Assembly (NCBI GenBank): GCA_043814605.1
Contig: JBDRJV010000037.1
Span: 31,899-95,898, forward strand
DNA length: 64,000 nucleotides
Origin: Candidatus Omnitrophota bacterium
GTDB taxonomy: Bacteria; Omnitrophota; Gorgyraeia; B26-G9
Reading direction: 5' to 3'
Part shown: in pieces, positions 38,200 to 47,387 of the stretch
How positions within the stretch are numbered: the first letter of the stretch is position 1
Layout of the letters: the number at the start of each line of letters is the position of its first letter
Notes under the pieces: generated by a model
What the model saw: only the letters and a program-made list of their open reading frames with translations
Databases searched by the model: none
What the model was told of the DNA's origin: nothing
Made by a program: the position numbers and the translations under genes

Positions 38200-38918
38200 T
38201 GGTAGTTGATGAAATATCTTTAATTGTCCCTGTTTATAATGAGCAGGAATTAATTCAAGAAACAGTAGAAATATTTTTAACAGATTTATCAAATATCTGT
38301 AAAAATTATGAATTGATTATAGTTGATGATGCGAGCACAGATGAGACAGCAGAGATTTTAAAGAATCTGAAATCTAAATATCAACACCGGTTAATAGTTA
38401 TTACAAATGAGAAAAATATAGGTGGTGGCCGGAGTTTAATTAAGGGCTTTCACGCGGCTAGATATTCGCTTGTGGCAACAAACTTTGCGGATAGGCCATT
38501 TAATTTATTAGAACTTAAAAATATATTACCAAAATTTTTAAAGAATATTGATTTTATCGTTGTGGTCCGTAAAAATAGGTCCGCTAACAGTGTTTACCGT
38601 AAAATTACTTCTCTGATTAATTATTATTTAATTCGGCTGCTTTTTAATATAAAAGTTAAGGATTTCCAATTTGTCCAGATTTATAAAAGAGAAATATTAC
38701 AATCGATAAGCGTAGATTCCCACAGAACTTTTGTGCCCCCGGAAATTATTATTAGGCTGCTTTTGAATAATTACATTATGGATGAATATGAAGCCGATTT
38801 TTATCCGAGGACAAAAGGGATGGCTAAGTGCGGAAATCCGCGGATAATTTTAAGGGCAATTTATGATATGTTTTCTTTCTGGGTAAATTTAAATTTATTG
38901 AAAAAATATAGGGATTAA
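38199..38918 (+). CDS. GT2 polyprenol-phosphate glycosyltransferase-like (DPM1/ArnC/GtrB-like)
   Basis: ISLIVPVYNEQELIQETVE..LIIVDDASTDETAEIL and YYLIRLLFNIKVKDFQFVQIYKREIL. The track ORF starts at 38154, but ATG 38199 (TAATG junction) is preferred. Confidence 0.7.
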   Translation: MVVDEISLIVPVYNEQELIQETVEIFLTDLSNICKNYELIIVDDASTDETAEILKNLKSKYQHRLIVITNEKNIGGGRSLIKGFHAARYSLVATNFADRPFNLLELKNILPKFLKNIDFIVVVRKNRSANSVYRKITSLINYYLIRLLFNIKVKDFQFVQIYKREILQSISVDSHRTFVPPEIIIRLLLNNYIMDEYEADFYPRTKGMAKCGNPRIILRAIYDMFSFWVNLNLLKKYRD

Positions 38919-38924
38919 AGAATC

Positions 38925-40139
38925 ATGCAGGCTAATCATAAATTAAAACCAGCTATTGCAGGGGGGAAACCCGTAAGGAAAAAAATGCTGCCTTTGCATC
39001 AATCTGATTTTTCTCAAGCAGAAGAAAAAGCGGTAATAAAAGTTTTGCGCTCGGGATGGCTGACTAAGGGGCCGCAAACAAAAACACTCGAAGAAAAATT
39101 TACTAAATTTGTTAAAGCCAAATATGCTATTGGGACAAATTCTGGGACAAGTGCATTACATCTTGCTTTGAGTTGTTTAGATTTAAAAAAAGGTGATGAG
39201 ATTATAGTTTCTCCGCTGACTTTTGTCTCTGCGATTAATTCAATTATTCATTGTAATTGCAAACCTGTATTTGTTGATGTTGATCCCCTAACTTTAAATA
39301 TTGATCCCGAGCAGATTGAATCTAAAATCAATATGAGAACTAAATGTATAATGCCCGTACATTTATATGGACAAGCATGTGTGATGAATAAAATTTTAAG
39401 AATAGCTAAAAAAAATAAAATATTTGTAATCAGTGATGCGGCGCATGCTTTAGAAACAGTATATAACCGGAAAAAAATCGGCTCGATCGGGGATATCACT
39501 TGTTTTAGTTTTCATCCGGCTAAAAATATTACTTCTGGGGAAGGAGGAATGCTGGTAACAAATAATAAAAAGTTTGCACAAAAAGCTCAAATGTTAAGTT
39601 TGCATGGTATAGATAAAAGTACTTGGACCAGATACACTCAAGATAGATTTCAGCATTGGACAACAATCGCGCCGGGGTTTAAATATCACATGACTGATCT
39701 GCAAGCTGCAATTGGTTTAGCCCAATTAGAAAAAATCAAAAAATTTTGGCAAAAAAGAAAAAAATACACAAAAATGTATTTATCTGCTTTTAAAGATATT
39801 CCTCAAATAAGAGTGATTACAAAAATGTCATCACTAAAAAATAAAAATGCATATCATTTATTCATAATACAAATAGATACAAAAATGTTAAAAATTAATA
39901 GAGACTATATTTTAAATGCACTACTAGCTGAAAATATTGGGGTAGGGGTTCATTATCGTGCAATTCATTTACACAGTTTTTATAAGAACCATTTTAGTTT
40001 TAAAAAAGGAATGCTGCCTCAGGCTGAGTATGCAGCAGAGAGAATAATTACTTTACCCTTATATCCAAAAATGAAACAAAGTGATATTAGTGATGTTATT
40101 GATGCAGTGAGCAAGGTTATAACCTATTATAAAAAGTAG
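38925..40139 (+). CDS. DegT/DnrJ/EryC1-family PLP-dependent sugar aminotransferase (ArnB/PglE-like)
   Basis: VLRSGWLTKGPQTKTLEEKF, GTNSGTSALHLALSCLDLKKGDEIIVSPLTF, SDAAHALE..GDITCFSFHPAKNITSGEGGMLVTN and YHMTDLQAAIGLAQLEKI. Confidence 0.85.
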   Translation: MQANHKLKPAIAGGKPVRKKMLPLHQSDFSQAEEKAVIKVLRSGWLTKGPQTKTLEEKFTKFVKAKYAIGTNSGTSALHLALSCLDLKKGDEIIVSPLTFVSAINSIIHCNCKPVFVDVDPLTLNIDPEQIESKINMRTKCIMPVHLYGQACVMNKILRIAKKNKIFVISDAAHALETVYNRKKIGSIGDITCFSFHPAKNITSGEGGMLVTNNKKFAQKAQMLSLHGIDKSTWTRYTQDRFQHWTTIAPGFKYHMTDLQAAIGLAQLEKIKKFWQKRKKYTKMYLSAFKDIPQIRVITKMSSLKNKNAYHLFIIQIDTKMLKINRDYILNALLAENIGVGVHYRAIHLHSFYKNHFSFKKGMLPQAEYAAERIITLPLYPKMKQSDISDVIDAVSKVITYYKK

Positions 40140-40166
40140 TTATTAAATTGTTGCATATTTATAAGT

Positions 40167-41591
40167 ATGATGAAAAAAAGAATATTATTGATAAATCCAA
40201 ATTATACTTACTTTCCCGGTTGGTTATCAACGGCGGTTAATTATAAAGGCCTGTCTTTAGGACTAGCTTATATTGCGGGATTTTTAAGAAAACAGAATAA
40301 TGTCAAGGTGCGGATTTTTGATGCAGTTATTTTAAATGCTACAATTAAAGATATCATTTTAGATATAAAAAAATTCAATCCGGATATTATAGGGATTACG
40401 ACAACGACAATTACAATAAATGGTGCCAGACAAATTGCTCAAGCAGCAAAAAAAATATTAAAAGATATTATTATTGTTTTGGGAGGGCCACATGTTAGTG
40501 CGTTACCTTTTGAGAATTTAGATGTTGCAAATTTTTGTGTAATAGGTGAAGGAGAAGTTACCTTTTCAGAATTAGTTACTGAGATTAATAATCAGAAAGC
40601 TTGGGATAATATAAAAGGGATTTCATTTAAAAAAAATGGAGAATTTGTAAAAACTCCATCACGTAATTTAATCGAAAATCTAGATTGTTTACCATTTCCG
40701 GCTAGAGATTTGTTACCTGAACATAAATTTATGCATATTTATCCTTATAGGTTAAATAATCCATATTATGAAAATTTAGTAACTTCTCGAGGATGTAACT
40801 TTAATTGTAATTTTTGCTTAAATGATTTAATGTGGCAAAAAAGAACGAGATATCGTAGTTTGAATAGTGTTTTTGAAGAAATAGATATCTTGGTAAAAAA
40901 TAAAAATACTTCGGTTTTGTTTTTTCAGGATGATAACTTTACATCGAACTTTGACAGGATTTATGAATTTTGCACAAAAAAAAGAATATATTTTCCAGAT
41001 TTAAAATGGATTTGTCATGCTCGGGTTGATTTTTTAACTTTGCCATTATTAAAAGAAATGGAGTCGGCCGGTTGTGTTGAGATTCAATTAGGCGTTGAAA
41101 GCGGTGAAAATAGCATACTGTCTGATTCTAATAAATCGTTTAAGAAAGAAAGCATCATAAAAGCGTTTAATTTTATAAGAAAAACTAAAATTAACAGCTG
41201 GGCAACAGTTATTATTGGGCATGAAAATGATACTAAGGCAACAGTTGAAGAAACAATTAAGTTTGTTAAAGCTATTGATCCAACTTATTGTACTTTTTTA
41301 TTTCTATCCCCTTTACCAGGGACAAAAACGTTTGCTGATTTTTCAAAAAAAAGATTTATTAAAACTTATGATTGGGATAAATATGGCTGGCATGGAGAGC
41401 CGGTTTTTGAAACTCATTTATTAAATAGAAAAATGTTGTTGAAATTAAGAAGGAAAGCTTACTGTGATTTCTATATTCGACCGAAAAATTTTTTAAAGTA
41501 TTTTCACATTCTATTTTATCGTAAGCAATTTAGTACAATTATAAATAATCTTCTAATCATGATCAAATTTATATTTAGCCCAGTAAAATAA
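40167..41591 (+). CDS. B12-binding-domain radical SAM enzyme (subfamily B)
   Basis: LLINPNY..LSLGLAYIAGFLRK, IIGITTTT, VLGGPHVSALP, LPFPARDLLPEHKF and VTSRGCNFNCNFCLND. Confidence 0.8.
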   Translation: MMKKRILLINPNYTYFPGWLSTAVNYKGLSLGLAYIAGFLRKQNNVKVRIFDAVILNATIKDIILDIKKFNPDIIGITTTTITINGARQIAQAAKKILKDIIIVLGGPHVSALPFENLDVANFCVIGEGEVTFSELVTEINNQKAWDNIKGISFKKNGEFVKTPSRNLIENLDCLPFPARDLLPEHKFMHIYPYRLNNPYYENLVTSRGCNFNCNFCLNDLMWQKRTRYRSLNSVFEEIDILVKNKNTSVLFFQDDNFTSNFDRIYEFCTKKRIYFPDLKWICHARVDFLTLPLLKEMESAGCVEIQLGVESGENSILSDSNKSFKKESIIKAFNFIRKTKINSWATVIIGHENDTKATVEETIKFVKAIDPTYCTFLFLSPLPGTKTFADFSKKRFIKTYDWDKYGWHGEPVFETHLLNRKMLLKLRRKAYCDFYIRPKNFLKYFHILFYRKQFSTIINNLLIMIKFIFSPVK

Positions 41592-41972
41592 TAAAAAAAT
41601 AATATCGTATAAAGCGATACTTATTAATTTTACCGCTAAAATTTTTCTACTATTGGTTAGAGGACTAATTATATTACTGTTGTTTCCAAAGAGAAAGATA
41701 GTATTGTAGATATTACTGGTTTATAAAATGATTCGAAAAAAATAACTAATCGATTAAGCTTAATAAAATGTAATTTTAATTATTTTAAAGGACTAACTAT
41801 TAGTTGATTGATAAGGTTGTTACGAATACCGAGACTAATATAATAAGCGATTTAAATTAATCGCCATGTCCTGTAGAAGGTATAATTAGTTTACGTAATT
41901 ATAATAATGTTGTGGTGAATTTTCAAGAAAATATTTTTCAATTAATATATACAATTCGGCGAGAGGATCTAG

Positions 41973-43166
41973 ATGTCTATTTCGAGAAGAAATTTTTTAA
42001 AAAATAGTTTAAAATTTTGTGCAGGAGTTGGATTATGCATCTTAACAAAAAGTTTCTGGGATAATTTTGAAAATACAGAAAGGATAGACAATTTTTTATT
42101 AAAAGAAGCAAAATATTATCGTAAAGGAAGTAACAATACTGTGCAATGCTTATTATGTGCCAGAAATTGTGTAATTAAGGATAAAAAAAGAGGGTTTTGC
42201 CAAGCCAGGATAAATAGTAAAGGTAAATTATTTAGTATGGTATACGGAAGTGTGATTATAACCCATTCAAAGGATAGACCGTTTAGGTCTTTGATTTATT
42301 TTGCTAATGATATTGAAGGGCTATGTATTGGTACAGCTGGATGTAATATGAGATGCAAGTTTTGTCTTGCCTCAGGAATTAGTCAGGTAAAACCTGAAGA
42401 TATTAAGATTAATAATAGATTTCCTTTTACTATGAATAAGAAACAAAATAAGACTCAGATTCTTCCAGATCAATTGATAAGCATGGCCAAAAAAAACAAT
42501 GTAAAATTAATTCATTTTAATCTTAATGAACCTACAATATATTATGAGTATATGCTAGATGTGGCAAAAATAGCGGTAAAAAATGGAATTTTTACAATGC
42601 TATGGAGCAATGCATATATAAATAGGGACCCTTTGCTTGAGTTAGCTCCTTATTTAGGCGGAGCGAGCATTGGATTGAAAGCTTTTAACAATGATATCTA
42701 TAAAAAGTTTTGCAGCGGAGAATTAAGTCCGGTTTTAGATACTTTAAAGTTGCTGAAAAAACAAAAAATTCCTTTTGAGATAATTTATCCAGTCATTCCG
42801 ACTGTTAATGATGATACTCAACAAATTAAAGATATGTGTTTTTGGATTAAAGATAAATTGGGTACGGAAGTGCCATTGCATTTTTATCGTTTCCTGCCTA
42901 GGTATAAATTAGTTAATTATCCTCCAACCCCTATCTCAACCTTGGAATCCATACAGAGTTTGGCTAAAAATACTGGTCTAAAATATGTATATGTTTTCTA
43001 TATGGGAGATTATCCTATCCCGGGCATGGAAGAAAAAATTTATTGTCCAAATTGTAAGAAATTAGTTTTATTACGTAAAAATTTAAATAATCTTGTAATA
43101 AATAATACGAAAAATTCCTGTTGTAAATTTTGCGGTGAAAAATTACTTTTTTTTATTTTTAAATAA
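41973..43166 (+). CDS. PflA/AmmeMemoRadiSam-like radical SAM enzyme with N-terminal twin-arginine signal and C-terminal zinc ribbon
   Basis: The N-terminus MSISRRNFLKNSLKFCAGVGLCIL carries the canonical S-R-R-x-F-L-K. AKYYRKGSNNTVQCLLCARNCVIKDKKRGFCQARINSKGKLF is the family-typical CxxCxxxC..G-x-C-x-x-R block. The radical SAM motif is GTAGCNMRCKFCLA. The C-terminus has CPNCKK..CCKFCGEKL. Confidence 0.7.
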   Translation: MSISRRNFLKNSLKFCAGVGLCILTKSFWDNFENTERIDNFLLKEAKYYRKGSNNTVQCLLCARNCVIKDKKRGFCQARINSKGKLFSMVYGSVIITHSKDRPFRSLIYFANDIEGLCIGTAGCNMRCKFCLASGISQVKPEDIKINNRFPFTMNKKQNKTQILPDQLISMAKKNNVKLIHFNLNEPTIYYEYMLDVAKIAVKNGIFTMLWSNAYINRDPLLELAPYLGGASIGLKAFNNDIYKKFCSGELSPVLDTLKLLKKQKIPFEIIYPVIPTVNDDTQQIKDMCFWIKDKLGTEVPLHFYRFLPRYKLVNYPPTPISTLESIQSLAKNTGLKYVYVFYMGDYPIPGMEEKIYCPNCKKLVLLRKNLNNLVINNTKNSCCKFCGEKLLFFIFK

Positions 43167-43234
43167 TCTAAATTATGGGAAAAATTTATTACTTAATACG
43201 ATTAAATAAAAAATTGAAAATTTATTAAAAATAT

Positions 43235-44644
43235 ATGAGAGTTCAATTTATTTTTCCGCCTTATACGCATAAAAAATTTGAAGAGGACATTTCAATTGTC
43301 AGCCGTAGATTTGGTATTTTCCCGCCGTTAGGGCTTGCATTTGCGGCGGCTATTTTAGAGGCACAGGGACATTGTGTGGATATTATTGATGCGCGGGCTT
43401 CGAATCTATCAAAAGAGCAGACACTGCAAAGAATAAAATATTTTCAGCCTAAATTACTGGGATTTATGCTCACGTTTTATATGTTTCATGATACTTTAGT
43501 CTGGATTAAATTTTTTAAAGAAAAAACTAATATCCCGATTATTGTCGGTAATGTATTAATGGAGTTTTTCCCGCAGGACGTGATGGCGTATCCTGAGATT
43601 GATTATGGAATTATTGGCTCCGCGCAAAAAAATTTACCGCTACTCATAGAATTTTTGGAAAATAATAAAAATATCGAAAACATTAGTGGGCTTTGTTATC
43701 GTAAAGATGGACAAGTAATTATTAATAAACCCAAAGAATTATTTGAGGATTTTCAGACTTTGCCTTTTCCGGCAAGGCATTTATTGCCTAATCATAAGTA
43801 CCATGCGGTAATGTCAAAACGTAAAAATCTTACGATAATGGTTACAACCCGTGGATGTGCCGCTAGCTGTAATTTCTGTCATATTAAAGATATTAAATAT
43901 TCAGCTAGGTCAGCCCAGATGGTTGTGGATGAAATGCAAGAGTGTTATGAAAAATTTAATGTGCGTGAAATTGAAATATTTGATCCTACTTTCAATATGG
44001 ATAAACGCAGAGTGATGGATATTTGCCAAGGCATAGTTGATAGAAAACTGGATATTGATTGGGCTTGCCGTGCGAGAATTGATTGCATGAACCCAGAAAT
44101 GTTGAAAATTATGTGTCAGGCTGGGTGCAAAAGAATATTATACGGGATTGAATCAGGCGATGAAAATATTCTTAAAAAAATTAAGAAAGGAATAAATTTA
44201 TCACAAATTAGAGATACGATTAAAGCTACCCAAGATTTAGGAATAAAGGCATTAGGATTTTTTCTTTTAGGGAGTCCCGGAGATAGTTTAAAAACTATTA
44301 ATAAAACAGTTAAATTTGCTAAAGAATTAAAGCTTGATTATGCGCAATTTCATAAAACAATAGCAAAACCTGGAACCGAATTGTACGACCAAGTTAAGAA
44401 TTATACAGGACGCGATTTATGGAGAGAATATATTCTAGGTAAATATCCAGAATCAAGATTACCTACGCCTTGGACAGATTTATCAGCTCAAACCATAGAG
44501 CAGTGCACTTATCAAGCGTATCGAAAATTCTATTTTAGAATTGGTTACCTCTGGCAAACTCTTAGAGGAATAAAATCATTTCATGAATTTAAGAGATACC
44601 TAGCTTCTTTTTTTGGTTTAATTTTTGAAAAACGGGATTATTAA
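43235..44644 (+). CDS. B12-binding-domain radical SAM enzyme (subfamily B)
   Basis: FPPLGLAFAAAILEAQGHCVDIIDA, LLGFML, LPFPARHLLPNHKY, VTTRGCAASCNFCHIKD and ILYGIESGDENIL. Confidence 0.8.
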   Translation: MRVQFIFPPYTHKKFEEDISIVSRRFGIFPPLGLAFAAAILEAQGHCVDIIDARASNLSKEQTLQRIKYFQPKLLGFMLTFYMFHDTLVWIKFFKEKTNIPIIVGNVLMEFFPQDVMAYPEIDYGIIGSAQKNLPLLIEFLENNKNIENISGLCYRKDGQVIINKPKELFEDFQTLPFPARHLLPNHKYHAVMSKRKNLTIMVTTRGCAASCNFCHIKDIKYSARSAQMVVDEMQECYEKFNVREIEIFDPTFNMDKRRVMDICQGIVDRKLDIDWACRARIDCMNPEMLKIMCQAGCKRILYGIESGDENILKKIKKGINLSQIRDTIKATQDLGIKALGFFLLGSPGDSLKTINKTVKFAKELKLDYAQFHKTIAKPGTELYDQVKNYTGRDLWREYILGKYPESRLPTPWTDLSAQTIEQCTYQAYRKFYFRIGYLWQTLRGIKSFHEFKRYLASFFGLIFEKRDY

Positions 44645-44659
44645 AAGGAATTAATTTAA

Positions 44660-46144
44660 ATGAAAATAATGTTTTATTATTCTGCCTTTGAAAATTTAGG
44701 CATTGAATATCTTTCTGCAGTTTTAAAACAATCCGGACATAAAACCCGCCTTCTCTTTGATCCGGGTTTATTTAACGACCCTTTTTTGAGTATTAAACCA
44801 TTGGCTAAAATTTTCAACTGGGAGAAAAAATTATTACGTGAATTTACCCAATACAATCCGGGTTTAGTAGCCTTTTCTGTGACGAGTTCAACTTATTTAG
44901 CCGCATTGGATTTTTCAAAAAAACTTAAAAAAATAACGAAAATTAAAATAGTTTTTGGCGGGATCCATGCCAGTGCAGTGCCAGAGGTTGTTATAAAGGA
45001 TGATGCAGTTGATTACTTAATTGTGGGTGAAGCAGAAGAAGCTTTATTGGAACTAGTCGAGGCATTAGAAAACAATAAACCGATTAATAGCATTAAAAAT
45101 CTGTGGTATAAAGATAGGTATAAAATCTTTAATAATTCTTTAAGAGACTATATTACTGATCTTGATAAACTTCCATTTCCAGATAAGGATCTTTATTATG
45201 ATCAAATTCCTGAATATAGAAGCGGGTATACAATAATTACCCGCCGGGGTTGTCCGAATCATTGTGCTTATTGCCATAATAGTTTATGGCATAAATTATA
45301 TAAAGATTATGACAGTGAAATTGTCCGGTACCGAGGGGTAGATAATGTAATTACAGAGTTAAAACAGGCAAAAAAAAAGTATAATTTTAAAAGGGTTCGC
45401 ATAAACGATGAAATTTTTACTCTTAATGAAGGCTGGTTAAAGGAATTCTCTGCAATGTATAAGAAATATATTAATCGGCCAATGTTCTGTTTTGTTAGTC
45501 CTCATACTGTAAACGAAAAAACTGTAGAATGTTTAAAAGCTATGAATTGTTATCAGGTTTGTATGGGTGTGCAAACTCTAAATGAAGAAAAGAATAGAAT
45601 CTTGTTAAACCGCAATCAAACTAATAATCAGGTAAAACAGGCAATTAAATTATTTCGTGAATATAAAATTCGTTGTGTTGTGGATAATATAATTGGTTTA
45701 CCTGGTGAAAAGGAAGAAGATTTATTGCAGATGGCAAGGTTTTATAATAATAACCGTCCCGATAGGATTTGTATTTTTTGGCTGATTTATTTCCCTGGGA
45801 CAAAAATTATAGATGCAGGATTAGAAAAAGAGGTGCTTAACCAAAAAATGCTAGAAGAAATTAAAACAAATCCGCAAGCTACAGCGAATACTATCTATAG
45901 TCTGTTACATGAAAGGGGCAAGAATAAGTATTATATTTTGCTTCTGCTGATACATTTTTTACCTAAAAATATTATTGATTTTATCATAAAGAAAAGATTA
46001 TTTGAATTATTTTCATTATTAAACCCCTCGTTGATTGAAATCCCTTTTACGATGATTGCTCGGGACAGATTAGATATAGTCAGACGCAGATATTATTCAC
46101 GTTATATCAAATATGGAATTAAAAAATTATTTTTAGTTGGATAA
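44660..46144 (+). CDS. B12-binding-domain radical SAM enzyme (subfamily A)
   Basis: MKIMFYYSAFENLGIEYLSAVLKQSGHKTRLLFDPGLF, VFGGIHASAVPE, LPFPDKDLY, ITRRGCPNHCAYCHNS and FLPKNIIDFIIKKRLF. Confidence 0.8.
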   Translation: MKIMFYYSAFENLGIEYLSAVLKQSGHKTRLLFDPGLFNDPFLSIKPLAKIFNWEKKLLREFTQYNPGLVAFSVTSSTYLAALDFSKKLKKITKIKIVFGGIHASAVPEVVIKDDAVDYLIVGEAEEALLELVEALENNKPINSIKNLWYKDRYKIFNNSLRDYITDLDKLPFPDKDLYYDQIPEYRSGYTIITRRGCPNHCAYCHNSLWHKLYKDYDSEIVRYRGVDNVITELKQAKKKYNFKRVRINDEIFTLNEGWLKEFSAMYKKYINRPMFCFVSPHTVNEKTVECLKAMNCYQVCMGVQTLNEEKNRILLNRNQTNNQVKQAIKLFREYKIRCVVDNIIGLPGEKEEDLLQMARFYNNNRPDRICIFWLIYFPGTKIIDAGLEKEVLNQKMLEEIKTNPQATANTIYSLLHERGKNKYYILLLLIHFLPKNIIDFIIKKRLFELFSLLNPSLIEIPFTMIARDRLDIVRRRYYSRYIKYGIKKLFLVG

Positions 46145-46177
46145 ATATTAAATTGATCAAAGTATCAGGATAAAATT

Positions 46178-47167
46178 ATGAATTCAGGATTATTGAATAT
46201 ATTAAAAATTGTTAGAATTTTTTTTAAAGTAAAATTTTTTAGAAATAAAATTCCTATTTTTGTGGGCTGGGATTTAACTTACAGGTGTAACTTTAATTGT
46301 CAATATTGTAAAATTCCGAAACTTGATACCGATCGAGAATTGTCAACGGATAAGGTGTTAAAAATGATAGATCAGTTTAGTAAACTTGGTGTTTGCCGTA
46401 TACATTTTGGTGGGGGAGAGGTTCTATTACGAGATGATCTTGATCAAATTTTAAAATTTTGTAAAAAAAGAAATATTTATACTGTTATTCTCACAAATGG
46501 AGCTTTATTTGAAGCTAAGATACCTGTTATAAAGAAAGCAAATCTAATAAAAGTAAGTTTTGATGGTCCTGCTAAAATTCATGATAATTTGCGTCATAAG
46601 GGGTCTTATAGTCAGATTGTTAAAGTATTAGTTTTAGCAAAAAAACTTAAAATAAAAGTAACGTTAAGTGCAACTTTAACTAGAAAAAATTATGAATATA
46701 TTGATTATATTTTAGATTTTGCTAAAGAAAATAGGACCCCAGTAAAATTTCAGTTAGTTAATGAGTTCTTGTCAGGATCTAAAGACATTGCTAATCTTAA
46801 GCTTTCCCGAGAGCAGCAGCAGAAGGCAATGGGAAAATTATTAAAGGAAAAAAAGAGGAGCGGGTATATAATAAATTCTAAAAATGCACTGGAGTATATG
46901 CGTGATTACCCAAATGTAAAAAATTTATGTTGTACGGCAGGAAAGCTTTATGTGCGTGTTTCTGTTGATGGAAGGCTATATCCGTGCGAAATACTAAAAG
47001 ATGAGTTTTTAAAAAATACATCTTTTGAAAAAGATATCGGTAAATCATTCAAAGTATTAAAAAATGTTAATTGTAAATATTGTTTATGTACTACAACATT
47101 AGAATTAAATCAATTATTTTCTTTAAATTTAAATGCAATTTTTAATGGGCTAAAGTATTTTAGTTAA
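46178..47167 (+). CDS. Radical SAM enzyme with SPASM/twitch-like C-terminus
   Basis: WDLTYRCNFNCQYCKIP and FGGGEVLLRDD are present. C-terminal cysteines occur in CCTAGKLYVRVSVDGRLYPCE and VNCKYCLCTT. Similar to 22287-23339. Confidence 0.75.
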   Translation: MNSGLLNILKIVRIFFKVKFFRNKIPIFVGWDLTYRCNFNCQYCKIPKLDTDRELSTDKVLKMIDQFSKLGVCRIHFGGGEVLLRDDLDQILKFCKKRNIYTVILTNGALFEAKIPVIKKANLIKVSFDGPAKIHDNLRHKGSYSQIVKVLVLAKKLKIKVTLSATLTRKNYEYIDYILDFAKENRTPVKFQLVNEFLSGSKDIANLKLSREQQQKAMGKLLKEKKRSGYIINSKNALEYMRDYPNVKNLCCTAGKLYVRVSVDGRLYPCEILKDEFLKNTSFEKDIGKSFKVLKNVNCKYCLCTTTLELNQLFSLNLNAIFNGLKYFS

Positions 47168-47387
47168 AATTTAATATGGCTAAGAACTAATTCTATATTA
47201 AGAATTATAGAAGAACTTTTCCGTGTTATTAATAAAAAAATGGTTCGATTGTGGAAACAAAGTTTAACGTTTTTTTTCGACAATATTGCTTTTGTATTTT
47301 TAGAATTGATAAACGAATCTTCAATTAGAAATAAGAACTGTAGTTTAAAAGTAATTTTTTTATTACCAACACTATGGAGGATGAAGT

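Noticed and set aside
41592-41972. Cobalamin or SAM riboswitch in the 381-bp gap, considered because the locus is full of B12/SAM enzymes
   Set aside because: I could not find a B12-box-like element (GCCACTG-type) or SAM-I conserved cores. Only short weak hairpins are present. An Infernal/Rfam scan is needed to be definitive.
47240-47256. ggttcgatt, resembling a tRNA T-loop (GGTTCGAAT), checked as a possible tRNA in the 47168-47387 gap
   Set aside because: The flanking bases (aatgg / gtgga) cannot form a T-stem, and no acceptor or anticodon arms can be drawn. It is not a tRNA.
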